Below are positions 25,788 to 34,946 of a DNA stretch of 44,587 bases, one piece after another. The DNA is from a virus (lineage: Duplodnaviria; Caudoviricetes). Position 1 is the stretch's first letter; each line of letters starts with the position of its first letter. The DNA is taken from IMG/VR virus record IMGVR_UViG_3300030433_002207, positions 1 through 44,587 of that record; one strand, given 5' to 3'. The translations under genes were made by a program, and so were the position numbers. Below the pieces are notes generated by a model, which searched no databases, was not told the DNA's origin, and saw only the letters and a program-made list of their open reading frames with translations.

Positions 25788-26359
25788 GCAAAGTTACTTC
25801 CTAAATTTCCATCCCCGAAGGAACTGAATCGAGTTGCGTTGCCAAACCTCACTTCCATGACCAGTCCAGATGACTCGCTAGACTCAGTACTAAACCAGTC
25901 ACCATCTACTGATCGTGGGTTTGCATCGCAATAACTCCACCTTAAATATTCTACCATTTTATGTGGTTCTGGCGAATTATCACCATAGTCATCATCTATC
26001 AACTCATCAGTCTTTACATTAACCTCGGGGTTAATATGTATCACTCTAATGATATCTCGACAGAAATCCTCCATACCAATCAATCGATTAACGTAGAGAC
26101 CTTCTCCCATACGATCAAAAGGCATGAAATTGCTGCGGAAAGTGACTGCACAGGTAACATCGTAGGTTTCCATGATCCCACGATCAGCAAACATCTGACC
26201 GCTCTCAGAACCCCATGTACTACCATAAACTGAAATAAATCGCTGCCCACAGGAAGGTGGTGGCTCTGCTGATGGCATTACCTCACATTCATGCGGATCT
26301 AAATTTAATTCTGTTCGAAGTGTGTCTCGAACACTTAATAGTAACCTGCCTAGACTCAT
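25784..26359 (-). CDS. Putative tail terminator / completion protein
   Basis: Size and position between the morphogenesis protein and the tail tube. Confidence 0.45.
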   Translation of the reverse strand: MSLGRLLLSVRDTLRTELNLDPHECEVMPSAEPPPSCGQRFISVYGSTWGSESGQMFADRGIMETYDVTCAVTFRSNFMPFDRMGEGLYVNRLIGMEDFCRDIIRVIHINPEVNVKTDELIDDDYGDNSPEPHKMVEYLRWSYCDANPRSVDGDWFSTESSESSGLVMEVRFGNATRFSSFGDGNLGSNFA

Positions 26360-26360
26360 G

Positions 26361-26389
26361 ATTTAATTTCTCAAAATTGTAACCTATAG
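26361..26389 (+). promoter_or_regulatory. 29-bp repeated motif, copy 4 (ATTTAATTTCTCAAAATTGTAACCTATAG)
   Basis: Occupies almost the entire 24-nt intergenic gap. Confidence 0.55.
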
Positions 26390-27064
26390 ATTCTTCATTG
26401 CTTTTGCTAATTCTTTGGTAGCAAACTCAATAGCTTTTGCAATGACAGTATCTGAATCACCATATAACGAACGAGTTTCTTCGACCTCACCAGCATAAGG
26501 AACCTTACTTCCCAGTACCATTCTGCCTCGATCAAACTTAAAAAACTGATCGTCGTTAAATGGAATGTAGTTGTCGCCAGTGTACTTTCCGGGCTTCAAG
26601 CTATTTCTTAAACGACCTGTTCGAACAAGTATTGGTACGTTCTTATTACCATACTCATCGATCTTTGTTTTAGCTCCCTGCTTTTTCAGGATTGCCCAAG
26701 CCAAACTTGCTGCTTTACCCTTCGCTTCATCTTCAGGCATTGTAGCTGAGAACTTCTTAAAATTCTTTGCAAAAATACCTTTCCAGAGGGAGTCTTGCGC
26801 ACCAGTTAAAAGCCCACGACCTTTGTTTCTAGTGTTACGGGGTCGGTAGGCTTTGGTCTTCTTCGTCAATGGTTTCCACTTCAGACCTTGCTTATCAGCA
26901 GCCCCTCTTGATTTTCTTGAGAAGTTCTGGCTGATCTGCTTAAAAAACGAATAAGCAAATGCTGACCAATAAACTTGTCGAAGTTTAGTCAGTTGGGGAG
27001 TTACTTTTTTACCTGTAAGCACATTTGGTAAATCGCCTACAAGTCCAGATAATTCTAAAGCCAT
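26384..27064 (-). CDS. Virion morphogenesis protein (Mu gpG-like neck protein)
   Basis: WKPL...ILVRTGRLRNSL...GSKVPYA. Confidence 0.75.
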   Translation of the reverse strand: MALELSGLVGDLPNVLTGKKVTPQLTKLRQVYWSAFAYSFFKQISQNFSRKSRGAADKQGLKWKPLTKKTKAYRPRNTRNKGRGLLTGAQDSLWKGIFAKNFKKFSATMPEDEAKGKAASLAWAILKKQGAKTKIDEYGNKNVPILVRTGRLRNSLKPGKYTGDNYIPFNDDQFFKFDRGRMVLGSKVPYAGEVEETRSLYGDSDTVIAKAIEFATKELAKAMKNL

Positions 27065-27555
27065 TCAAATGGGAACCTTGGTGACAAGTCTTGTTTACCG
27101 TATGTGCCTCCAGTAGAAATCGTAGGATGAACTCGAATCTTGTGAGTTCGGAAACGATCATCAATGTGCAGGTTAGACATCGCAGGTGTAAGATCTTCTC
27201 TCGTCGGTAGTCGTGGTATGATCCTGTTAAACTTATAGATCTCTTCCAGAAGACGAAGCGTCTCTTCATACTTCTCCATAAACATAGCTGGATTACCTCT
27301 TCTCTGGGAGAGGAGGTGACAACCGATCCATGTAGCCCATCTACGCACAATGTAAGAGTCGTTAAGATCTACTTCTGCATAGTTCATGCCGCAGTAGAAA
27401 TTAATCATCTCAGTAGCCTCACCGACTACTTCCTCCATCATCGTAGCTTCTTCCGATCCAGAAAGATCATCCGCTCGGTAGACAATTGCTTTGTTACCAA
27501 ACACTCTCTCGATCTCACTTCGGGAAGTGTATGTAAAAGATAATGATTCAACCAT
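27055..27555 (-). CDS. Head-tail adaptor (Mu gp36/DUF1320-like)
   Basis: YTSRSEI...ATEMINFY...YEETLRLLEEI pattern. Confidence 0.7.
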   Translation of the reverse strand: MVESLSFTYTSRSEIERVFGNKAIVYRADDLSGSEEATMMEEVVGEATEMINFYCGMNYAEVDLNDSYIVRRWATWIGCHLLSQRRGNPAMFMEKYEETLRLLEEIYKFNRIIPRLPTREDLTPAMSNLHIDDRFRTHKIRVHPTISTGGTYGKQDLSPRFPFEWL

Positions 27556-27939
27556 TTAGCTCACCTTTTTCAACTGTCTAACGCTGAACTCTAGTTCATG
27601 CTTGCCTGACTTGCTGCCAGAGTCATAAGTATATTCAAACAGGGCTATATGTCTTTCATAGGAGTTTGTTCTAACTCCAGAGGTAACGATAATGTTATCC
27701 GCAGGTTGTAATGTCCAGATTAACGTGTTCCCGGAAAACACTACGTTGTTTTGGTCCAACACATTTTGCTGATTACGGCTGTTAATGATCGTTCCTGTCG
27801 AGTCATCGTACAGAGTTAAAGTAAGTGTTGTGAGGGAAGTAATTGTTGTGCCAGTTTCATCTTTAAACTCTGTTTGGTATCGTGCAGTACAGCCTTCGTC
27901 AACTCGTCGCTCACGTTCATTTAATTTTGACCGAGACAT
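27556..27939 (-). CDS. Ig-like/beta-sandwich virion accessory protein
   Basis: Beta-strand pattern (FKDETG...LTLY...WTLQPAD...FSVR); follows the repeat fibre gene. Confidence 0.45.
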   Translation of the reverse strand: MSRSKLNERERRVDEGCTARYQTEFKDETGTTITSLTTLTLTLYDDSTGTIINSRNQQNVLDQNNVVFSGNTLIWTLQPADNIIVTSGVRTNSYERHIALFEYTYDSGSKSGKHELEFSVRQLKKVS

Positions 27940-27941
27940 GC

Positions 27942-30900
27942 TTACTCCAATGTTTCGTTATCTACATCTGGATCTCTAAATAGCTCATTAGCTGAAATAA
28001 GATCTCTGAATATTTCGTTTGTTAATGTCTGCTCTGCAAACCTTTCATTTCTTGCCAACCCATCAACAAAAGACTCTTCAATTGCTGAGGCAGAAACGAA
28101 GGATGGGATCTCCCCAACTATCTTAATTATATTCGTTGGGAGACCACCGAGCTTTGTAATTGCTCTAGCTGATATTCTAGCAGGTACTATCGTTCCGTAA
28201 TAAGTCGAGGCTGACGCTGTCGCTGCTGTGATGGCAGACAGGACTAATTCCCCAAATACGCTCCCAATGGCCGTAGAAGCCGCTGAGGAGGCTGCTGAGG
28301 GCGTTACGCTGACTGAACTAGTGGAAACAGTAGGTCCTGATGTGCGTGCCTTACAGGACACCACAGGGATAAATACGTTTGGCCCAGAAGTAGCTGTTTT
28401 TGCAGATATTGCCGCAGGTGCCACTGTCAGGGTGGTCAGGACTACCGTTGGGGCTACAGTGGCTGCGGTAGCTACAGCAGGATCTGAAGTAATTTCTATA
28501 TGTGCCCTACCAGTAGTGGTAATGGTAGGACTAACTGTAGCTGCTCTTGCGGAGGCTGGAGAAGCCCCATAAGAGCCATTGAACACAGTAGCAGCGACCG
28601 CACTTGCTGCCGTAGGAGTCACTTCAATATGCGCACCACCAGTAGTCGTGATGGTTGGTGCAACAGTTGCTGCTCTTGCTGAAGCAGGGGAGGTTCCGTA
28701 GGTACCGTTAAATACAGTGGCAGCAACTGCGGAAGCAATGTCAGCCACCTCAATATACAAATCAGGAGAGCCAGTGATGCTGACAGTCGGTCCTGAAGTA
28801 GCAGCTTTAGCACTAGCAGGTCCGTCAGTACCAAACGTACCGTTGAATACTGTAGCTGCCTTAGCACTGGCTGCTGTTGGTGTTAGCTCCAGAGTTGACT
28901 GGAAGATTGTTGGACTAGTGGTTGCAGCAACGGCACTAGCCGCTGTAATTCCTGAGAGGGTGAGTGAGTCGAATACAAGCGTAGGTGCTACTGTTGCTCC
29001 TGAAGCGGATGCTGCTGTAGGAGTTGTAGTGATAGAACCAAAGACAACAGAAGGATCTACAGTAGCTGTTGTTGCTGAAACTATTGATGACCAAGTCACT
29101 ATTGTAGGAGTTGTTGTAACAGCAGACGCTGATGCAATGTCAGGCTGAGTTAACGTCAAACTCCCAAGAACTACAGTTGGTCCAGAGGTAGCTGCGGTTG
29201 CAGATACTGGTGGGTATGTTTCTGATACAGAAGGGTCAACAGTGGCAGCTTTTGCTGAAGCTGCTGTAATGCTACTAAGGGTAAGTGATCCAAACTCTAC
29301 AGTAGGTGCCACCGTTGCTGCCGTGGCTGAAGCTATAGGTGACCATGTTGTGATCGTTGGTACGTCAAAAGCTTTTGCTTTGGCAGATGCAGCCGTGGGA
29401 GTTACAGTTAGTGGTAGAGCGGGTGTTACTGCTCTGGCAGAAGCTGGATCAGGAGTGACTGATCTGACAACATACTTAATCTCGATAGAAACAGGACTGC
29501 CAGTGTAAACTCCACCTCCGGCATGCCTTCTACCTTCTAATGCAAAAGCATAAGTATCATCCTGATCTGTAATAGCCGGAGGGCTTATCTTCATAGCGAA
29601 GTTATGCTCTCTTTGCCAGTCATCCAGAAGAATATTCCATAATTGTTGAAATTCGTCTTTAAGATCATCTGACTTTTGAGGAAAAGAATTTAAAGGACCC
29701 CAATATCCAGCTAGATCAAAACTTTGGTTTTGAGCAGTACGTCCAGCGTTAGGAACCGCTTCCCCGGGTATTGCTGGAATAATGTAAAGGGTATCACCAA
29801 TTCCATTACCAACCGTGTCAACTAAACTTGTTGGCAATTCTAAATCAGCACTCGTAGTTTGAAACAAGTAGCAGGCAGCGCCTGAAGAAGGTCTATCACT
29901 AGCAGAGCTAGAGACTGATGTTTTTACGCTACCGCTTAATTTGACTTCAGTAAACTCCAACCCCGGAGGGATGTCTACATCACTAAAAGCTAAATAGATT
30001 GTTCTTGTTGTTCTTATTTCACCTACTTCTGTGTAAGACACATCAAGAAAGTTGTGATCAAGGTTGTACTCTACATTAGAACTTTGTGCAGACCCGTAAG
30101 CAGAGGTTTTACTTGTGTACAAATCGTTAGAAGTGGAACTATTCATTCCAGAATAAGCTGTTTCTTCTTGCTCAACTAAGAACCAGTAGTATCCGTGATC
30201 AGCATGATTTGTTTTTGCAGTAGCACTGGCTGCGGTGATCCCGCTAACAGTTACATCAAACTTAGTAGCAGCAGTAGCTGATGCAGCGGTAATTGAACTT
30301 AGTACTAAGTCGGGTAGTGAAACTGTAGGATTAACAGTTGCCGCCGTAGCAGAGGCTGGGTTTGAAGTTACATTAAGATCCGAACTGGAAATTGTAGGAG
30401 CAACTGTTGCTGCGGTCGCAGTAGCTGCACTTGGGGTTACATTAAAACCAGAAAGTACAACTGTAGGACCAGATGTCGCACCACCCGCAGAAATTGCAGC
30501 AGGGGTTACGTTTACACCCGACGAGTATTCTATTACTAACTTGGGGGTGTAGGTGCTGCCACTGTAATTCTTGCTACGAAAATCAAAAAGCCAGTTAGTG
30601 CTGCTAACATAGGTGTGGTCTTCAAAAAAGAACTGCATATCGTTATTAGCAGTCCAGCCAGTTCTGTCTACAATTTCTTGGATAATAGTGGAGATGTCAG
30701 CGGTGTCATAAAATGTACCTGCACTCATACCGGAGGCAAAAGACCACGTTACACTTGCTGATGTTCTTGTAGCTCCTCCAAATGCACTACAACTACTGGC
30801 TGCGGACGATGCATCGTCAGTGTCTTCTCCTCGTATTGTGACTGATTGTCCAGAACCATTTATTTGGGAGTGAAAGGCAAGTTGTATTTTTGCTGAAGTT

Positions 30901-31121
30901 ATTGTTGCTCCCTGCGGAACATTAACTGTTTCAAATCTTAAATAAGGTCTCCAAGTCTTCCAGTGCTGGGCTTGGTCTCCAAAGTCCGACCGCCCATAAA
31001 ATCTGACAGTTGTATCACCGGAGCTTACAGTCTGACAACTGGCACCACTGCTGTAGTAGTCTTCGTACTCAGCATATCCATCGTCGATGTTGTTCGCTAT
31101 AACTTCAGTAATGGTAGTCAT
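27942..31121 (-). CDS. 1059-aa Thr/Ala/Ser-repeat fibre-like protein with N-terminal DNRLRE-like domain
   Basis: Many (T)PxAASAxAATxxPT repeats; N-terminal YLRF...VPQGATITSAKI...PKLVIEY. Confidence 0.7.
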   Translation of the reverse strand: MTTITEVIANNIDDGYAEYEDYYSSGASCQTVSSGDTTVRFYGRSDFGDQAQHWKTWRPYLRFETVNVPQGATITSAKIQLAFHSQINGSGQSVTIRGEDTDDASSAASSCSAFGGATRTSASVTWSFASGMSAGTFYDTADISTIIQEIVDRTGWTANNDMQFFFEDHTYVSSTNWLFDFRSKNYSGSTYTPKLVIEYSSGVNVTPAAISAGGATSGPTVVLSGFNVTPSAATATAATVAPTISSSDLNVTSNPASATAATVNPTVSLPDLVLSSITAASATAATKFDVTVSGITAASATAKTNHADHGYYWFLVEQEETAYSGMNSSTSNDLYTSKTSAYGSAQSSNVEYNLDHNFLDVSYTEVGEIRTTRTIYLAFSDVDIPPGLEFTEVKLSGSVKTSVSSSASDRPSSGAACYLFQTTSADLELPTSLVDTVGNGIGDTLYIIPAIPGEAVPNAGRTAQNQSFDLAGYWGPLNSFPQKSDDLKDEFQQLWNILLDDWQREHNFAMKISPPAITDQDDTYAFALEGRRHAGGGVYTGSPVSIEIKYVVRSVTPDPASARAVTPALPLTVTPTAASAKAKAFDVPTITTWSPIASATAATVAPTVEFGSLTLSSITAASAKAATVDPSVSETYPPVSATAATSGPTVVLGSLTLTQPDIASASAVTTTPTIVTWSSIVSATTATVDPSVVFGSITTTPTAASASGATVAPTLVFDSLTLSGITAASAVAATTSPTIFQSTLELTPTAASAKAATVFNGTFGTDGPASAKAATSGPTVSITGSPDLYIEVADIASAVAATVFNGTYGTSPASARAATVAPTITTTGGAHIEVTPTAASAVAATVFNGSYGASPASARAATVSPTITTTGRAHIEITSDPAVATAATVAPTVVLTTLTVAPAAISAKTATSGPNVFIPVVSCKARTSGPTVSTSSVSVTPSAASSAASTAIGSVFGELVLSAITAATASASTYYGTIVPARISARAITKLGGLPTNIIKIVGEIPSFVSASAIEESFVDGLARNERFAEQTLTNEIFRDLISANELFRDPDVDNETLE

Positions 31122-31134
31122 CTACGCACCCTAA

Positions 31135-31170
31135 AAATAAAGACGGTACCCCCCAGTTGAGAGTACCGCC
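31135..31170 (-). terminator. Terminator-like hairpin upstream of the fibre gene
   Basis: GGCGGTACTCTC-aact-GGGGGGTACCGTC then TTTATTTTT. Confidence 0.6.
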
Positions 31171-31181
31171 TGTTATTTGAA

Positions 31182-31604
31182 CTATTCAGTTAGTTCGATT
31201 TGCAAGTCCTGAAGAACTAAGTTCTGCCCAGAGCTTACACTTCGATCACTAGCTAAGTCCCAATACAAAAGAACTTCACGAGAAGCTTCGGTTGCATTAT
31301 CGTCAGTCAGTACGCAGTACCGAGCATTTGTAATTGGGCCAGCAAAGGTAATGTCTTTGATCTGAATGATACCTTTGTCATTGCTATCATCTTCCTGAGT
31401 GGAATCAAAATCAGTTGCTCCGGGGGTCAAAGAAGCTACTGTGTAGCTATCGCTAATTTCAGTTAAATCACCAAGTGTATTAGTATCTGCCGAAGGAGCA
31501 GAGGCACTAGTGCAAAGATGAAGTTTGTAAGTTGATGGAGTAGAAACTGCTCTGAACGCATAGTTCAGGACGTTTTCTTTTCCAGCATTTGTGAATCCAG
31601 CCAT
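31182..31604 (-). CDS. Putative virion structural protein
   Basis: FTNAGKE..L...LHL.T...ITF...LLYW pattern of small phage structural proteins that precede fibre genes. Confidence 0.55.
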   Translation of the reverse strand: MAGFTNAGKENVLNYAFRAVSTPSTYKLHLCTSASAPSADTNTLGDLTEISDSYTVASLTPGATDFDSTQEDDSNDKGIIQIKDITFAGPITNARYCVLTDDNATEASREVLLYWDLASDRSVSSGQNLVLQDLQIELTE

Positions 31605-31615
31605 TAGTTATACTC

Positions 31616-31924
31616 CTATGTGCTTAAATCACCATGAACTTCTGTGGAAATCCAAGCACTAACAGATGTGCTTGATCCTACAGACGATACATTAACACGA
31701 ACTTTGCACGCATTGAGTGCAAAGCTCGCAGTACCATCTTCAGTAAATGTTGATGCAGAACCTACATCAACCCAAGTTGTGCCTCCATCGGGAGACATTT
31801 GTAATTTGACTGTAGCAGTATCCCAAGTACCAGCAGCTACGATCTGACCTTCGCCTTTGTTGAAGTCATATGTCGAACTATTGGAGTTGGCAGAAACTGC
31901 ATTAAGTACTTTTGTAAAAGCCAT
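31616..31924 (-). CDS. Small beta-rich virion protein
   Basis: GTWDTATVKLQMSPDGGTTWVDV pattern. Confidence 0.55.
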   Translation of the reverse strand: MAFTKVLNAVSANSNSSTYDFNKGEGQIVAAGTWDTATVKLQMSPDGGTTWVDVGSASTFTEDGTASFALNACKVRVNVSSVGSSTSVSAWISTEVHGDLST

Positions 31925-31934
31925 CTAGTTTCTC

Positions 31935-32654
31935 CTATGAGTATGTGATTTCTAATTGTGGCTTAGTGTCGTTTGAATCTTTGCCTGTGTTGAACGTCCT
32001 GAAGTAGTCGTCCGATTCCGAGGACGGAAGCCATACACCCAACATCAAAGCGTTGCCGCTTAACCACCCCGAACGGTCAACAATTTCCTGCACGATTGTT
32101 TTTATGTCAGGAGATGTTGAAACCTCCTCTCCTGAGGCAAGTGTTGCAACCGTCCAATCGACAGATGCAGTAGTGTGGTTGCTATGCGCACCTTCAGAAC
32201 CGTTGTTGCTAGTTGATGGCTGTGCTTGATTATCGACATCAAACCCATTGATTCTAAACGCTCTCTCACTACCGCTGTGGAACTCAACCTTAAGATATGC
32301 ACTTTCAATCGTCGCACCTTGCGTCAATGCCACGTTTACGAACCTAAAGTATGCTTGATAAAATCGATAACGATTGCTCCAACTGCTGTAGTCTAGACCA
32401 ATCTTGTAATCATTGTTGCCAGCTTGCAAGTCATCATAAGTAGTGGGAGGCGTGTTGTCATAATACTGCGTTGCTCTGAAGGTTGCAGAATCTTTATAAC
32501 TGCTTGGAGATGCTGTTGAAGTTAATACATCATATGTAACCGTAGTGCTACCGCCACCACCGCCACCAGACAGATCCATGTGAGGGAATGTCTCAATAGC
32601 TCTGGAAGGAGAGAAGCTAACCGTATTCGATGTTGCTCTACTTATTCGAGTCAT
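31935..32654 (-). CDS. DNRLRE-like domain protein, paralog of the fibre N-terminal domain
   Basis: YFRF...QGATIESA...DIKTIVQEIVDRSGW...PQLEITY. Confidence 0.7.
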   Translation of the reverse strand: MTRISRATSNTVSFSPSRAIETFPHMDLSGGGGGGSTTVTYDVLTSTASPSSYKDSATFRATQYYDNTPPTTYDDLQAGNNDYKIGLDYSSWSNRYRFYQAYFRFVNVALTQGATIESAYLKVEFHSGSERAFRINGFDVDNQAQPSTSNNGSEGAHSNHTTASVDWTVATLASGEEVSTSPDIKTIVQEIVDRSGWLSGNALMLGVWLPSSESDDYFRTFNTGKDSNDTKPQLEITYS

Positions 32655-32833
32655 TTGAGTTTAGATCCTTTGGGGTACTTGTAACGGGAGGTTGGCTTTG
32701 CATCATCAGTGACGACCATCTTGCGAGCTTCTTTAGCTTTACGCTTCTTCTCGTCAATCTTCTTTCGATACCTAGCTGCCTTGGCTTTACCTTTGGCAGT
32801 GTAACTAAACTTCTTTCCACCTACTTTTGGCAT
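32651..32833 (-). CDS. Small basic protein (MPKVGGKKFSYTAKGKAKA...)
   Basis: ORF track trimmed to the ATG at 32833; K/R-rich. Confidence 0.7.
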   Translation of the reverse strand: MPKVGGKKFSYTAKGKAKAARYRKKIDEKKRKAKEARKMVVTDDAKPTSRYKYPKGSKLK

Positions 32834-32835
32834 GA

Positions 32836-32955
32836 CTACTTCTTCTTTCCGCAATTAGGAACCATACGACCGTTTTTGTTTTTCATTCCGTAAGCTTCGT
32901 AACCTTTCCAGCAAGGATTCTTCATCTTACGTTTCTTCATTTTAGGTTTTTTCAT
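32836..32955 (-). CDS. 39-aa basic protein with CWKGY...GMKxKNGRMVPNC motif
   Basis: Hand translation, not in track; fills the gap exactly; motif recurs in aquatic phages. Confidence 0.75.
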   Translation of the reverse strand: MKKPKMKKRKMKNPCWKGYEAYGMKNKNGRMVPNCGKKK

Positions 32956-32956
32956 C

Positions 32957-33250
32957 TCAACACTTCCAGACTCTTAATGATGCGTTGATCTTGCTATTGG
33001 GATCATTAGCAGTCTTCGCAGAGGTTAGTTTACGTTTCATCCCTTTCATTCTGGCACAGAAGCTTTTGCGTCGAGCCTGAGTTTTCTTTGACATCTTGCG
33101 AACACCGCCTTTGCGTTCTGCTTCTCTTTTGGTTTCGATGCCTGCCCGAATGCCTAACTTCTTTGCGTAGGAAGGCTTCAGACCCCCCTCGGGATGATTC
33201 TTTTTTTTGTTGTAGCCTTTGAATGGCTTCTTAAGTTTCTTCTTCGCCAT
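32957..33250 (-). CDS. Basic protein with RRKSFCARM...SLRVWKC motif (DUF6321-like)
   Basis: Motif recognised; K/R-rich. Confidence 0.7.
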   Translation of the reverse strand: MAKKKLKKPFKGYNKKKNHPEGGLKPSYAKKLGIRAGIETKREAERKGGVRKMSKKTQARRKSFCARMKGMKRKLTSAKTANDPNSKINASLRVWKC

Positions 33251-33389
33251 TTTGCTTACCTTCGCAATGAGGACATTCGTCCTGTAAGTATTCGTTGAGT
33301 CGTTGTATTCCGTGATCTAAAACAAGATAAGTAACATCGTAAGCTTGCTTACATTTTTGACAGATCAAAATTTTACTTATCGTAGCCAT
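33231..33389 (-). CDS. 52-aa Zn-ribbon protein (CQKC...CPHC)
   Basis: Hand translation, not in track; GAGGA RBS at the end of the upstream gene. Confidence 0.6.
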   Translation of the reverse strand: MATISKILICQKCKQAYDVTYLVLDHGIQRLNEYLQDECPHCEGKQNGEEET

Positions 33390-33390
33390 A

Positions 33391-33693
33391 TTATTCCTCT
33401 AGCTTGTCAACCAGCTTTTCCAACGCTCCCACAATTTGATTATGACGCTCTTCATGTCGACCCTGCTGCTCATCCAGAAGTTTCTCGTAATGATCTCTCT
33501 GGGCGAGAATCTGTTCACTAAAGTGGGCCTGCATGTTCGAGATCTGCTCCTGATGTTTTGGCATGGTGACTCGAGTGTTATACCACAAGTACCAACCTAA
33601 CAGCCCGGTTGCACTGACAGTTCCCCATTCAAAGTTTGGGAATCCGTCTGCTGCTGCCAGTACAGGAGGTAAAAATGCAAATAGTGTTTTCAT
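33391..33693 (-). CDS. Membrane protein with C-terminal coiled coil (holin-like)
   Basis: Hydrophobic N-terminus (GLLGWYLWY) followed by a heptad-like tail. Confidence 0.5.
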   Translation of the reverse strand: MKTLFAFLPPVLAAADGFPNFEWGTVSATGLLGWYLWYNTRVTMPKHQEQISNMQAHFSEQILAQRDHYEKLLDEQQGRHEERHNQIVGALEKLVDKLEE

Positions 33694-33705
33694 CTTTATG
33701 CCTAA

Positions 33706-33745
33706 TAAAAAACGGGCCACAGGCCAAACGCCCATAGCCCGTCTT
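33706..33745 (-). terminator. Intrinsic terminator after the major capsid gene
   Basis: GACGGGCTATGGGC-gtttg-GCCTGTGGCCCGTT followed by a T run. Confidence 0.75.
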
Positions 33746-33765
33746 TGACTTCAATCGAAGCTATC

Positions 33766-34923
33766 TTAGAAGTTAGCTACAGTACCGTAAGCGATTGACT
33801 TTGGCACGTAGAGAACTGGAAGACAGTTATCGATCATCTTCAATTCAACACCAGCAGGGTCGATTGTGTTGGTTGTCCAGCTATGGAAACCGTAGACCTG
33901 CTTACCGTTGTCCATGATGTTTTCTTTCACGAACTCGGAAGAGTTGATCAGACCAACCCAATCTGGGTTTGGATCTGGCATGAAGATGGCAACGTTGTCT
34001 GGGATGAACATGCTGCTGTTAGCGGCTGTGTCGCTATCAACAGTCTGATCAACATTCAGAACACCATCGTAGATGTGGAAAGTCTGAAGTGGAAGACCAC
34101 GGAAGACTACATCAAAACCACTATCTGGAATACCTTCAGCAGAAGACATGTTGCGAGCAGTCAGCGAATCGAAGATTCGGTAAGCTGTACCAGCAGTGTT
34201 CTGCAATGAAGTGTTGTTTAACAGCAACTCGAAAGTAGAACTGTTGATCCAGATGTGTCGCAATGGACGACCGTGAAGTCGTTCAAATGCTTTGTTGACG
34301 TTCAAGACTTGCTTGATCACGTTCGTGGAAGCACTTTGCCATCCAGCGTCAATGATGTCGGAACCAGTGCCGAGATCTAGCTGATTCAAGTGTTCTGAAG
34401 GAAGGGCATAATCGATATCGAATGTACCAGCACCTTTTTCTACAGGAACCCAAGATTCACCAGTCTGCTTAACACCAAAGCCACCTCGCAACATGCGTGA
34501 GATCATAAACTCACGAGAGTTACGAAAGCGTTGAGTCATATACTCAAGCTGACGATTGATGTAATTCTGACCATTCACATCCACGACACCGAACTGCTGT
34601 CCCAGAGGACGAGTACGGAAGATCTCTTCGTGAAGAAGAGTAATCTTTTCGTGAGCGCGATAGGCGACTGCACTAACGTGACCGACTGCTTTACGCTGTA
34701 CGGTTGATGGCCCAGTTCCGGGCGCACGACCTTCAGCGATCAGACGAGTCTTGTCGAAAATATCCCAACCAAGGTAACGACCAGAAACATTCTGAGTACC
34801 CGCCTGTCCCGGAAGCATCTTAAAGAAGTTCTGGAACAAGGTCATTGGGGTTTTGATGCGTGAAACAACCCGAGTAATTACGGGAGTCTGCATCAACTGT
34901 TGGAGGGTGATTTCACCAGCCAT
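33766..34923 (-). CDS. Major capsid protein (lambda gpE-like HK97 fold)
   Basis: 385 aa; REFMISRMLRG...IDY..P..H and C-terminal LPVLYVP pattern; follows protease and decoration genes; followed by a terminator. Confidence 0.85.
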   Translation of the reverse strand: MAGEITLQQLMQTPVITRVVSRIKTPMTLFQNFFKMLPGQAGTQNVSGRYLGWDIFDKTRLIAEGRAPGTGPSTVQRKAVGHVSAVAYRAHEKITLLHEEIFRTRPLGQQFGVVDVNGQNYINRQLEYMTQRFRNSREFMISRMLRGGFGVKQTGESWVPVEKGAGTFDIDYALPSEHLNQLDLGTGSDIIDAGWQSASTNVIKQVLNVNKAFERLHGRPLRHIWINSSTFELLLNNTSLQNTAGTAYRIFDSLTARNMSSAEGIPDSGFDVVFRGLPLQTFHIYDGVLNVDQTVDSDTAANSSMFIPDNVAIFMPDPNPDWVGLINSSEFVKENIMDNGKQVYGFHSWTTNTIDPAGVELKMIDNCLPVLYVPKSIAYGTVANF

Positions 34924-34946
34924 AATTTAATTTCTCCTAGTAATTA

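Noticed and set aside
28228-30552. Plus-strand Val/Ala-rich ORFs, and the repeats as a possible CRISPR or DGR array
   Set aside because: They are antisense shadows of the Thr/Ala repeat protein. The repeats are degenerate at synonymous positions, and no reverse transcriptase is present.
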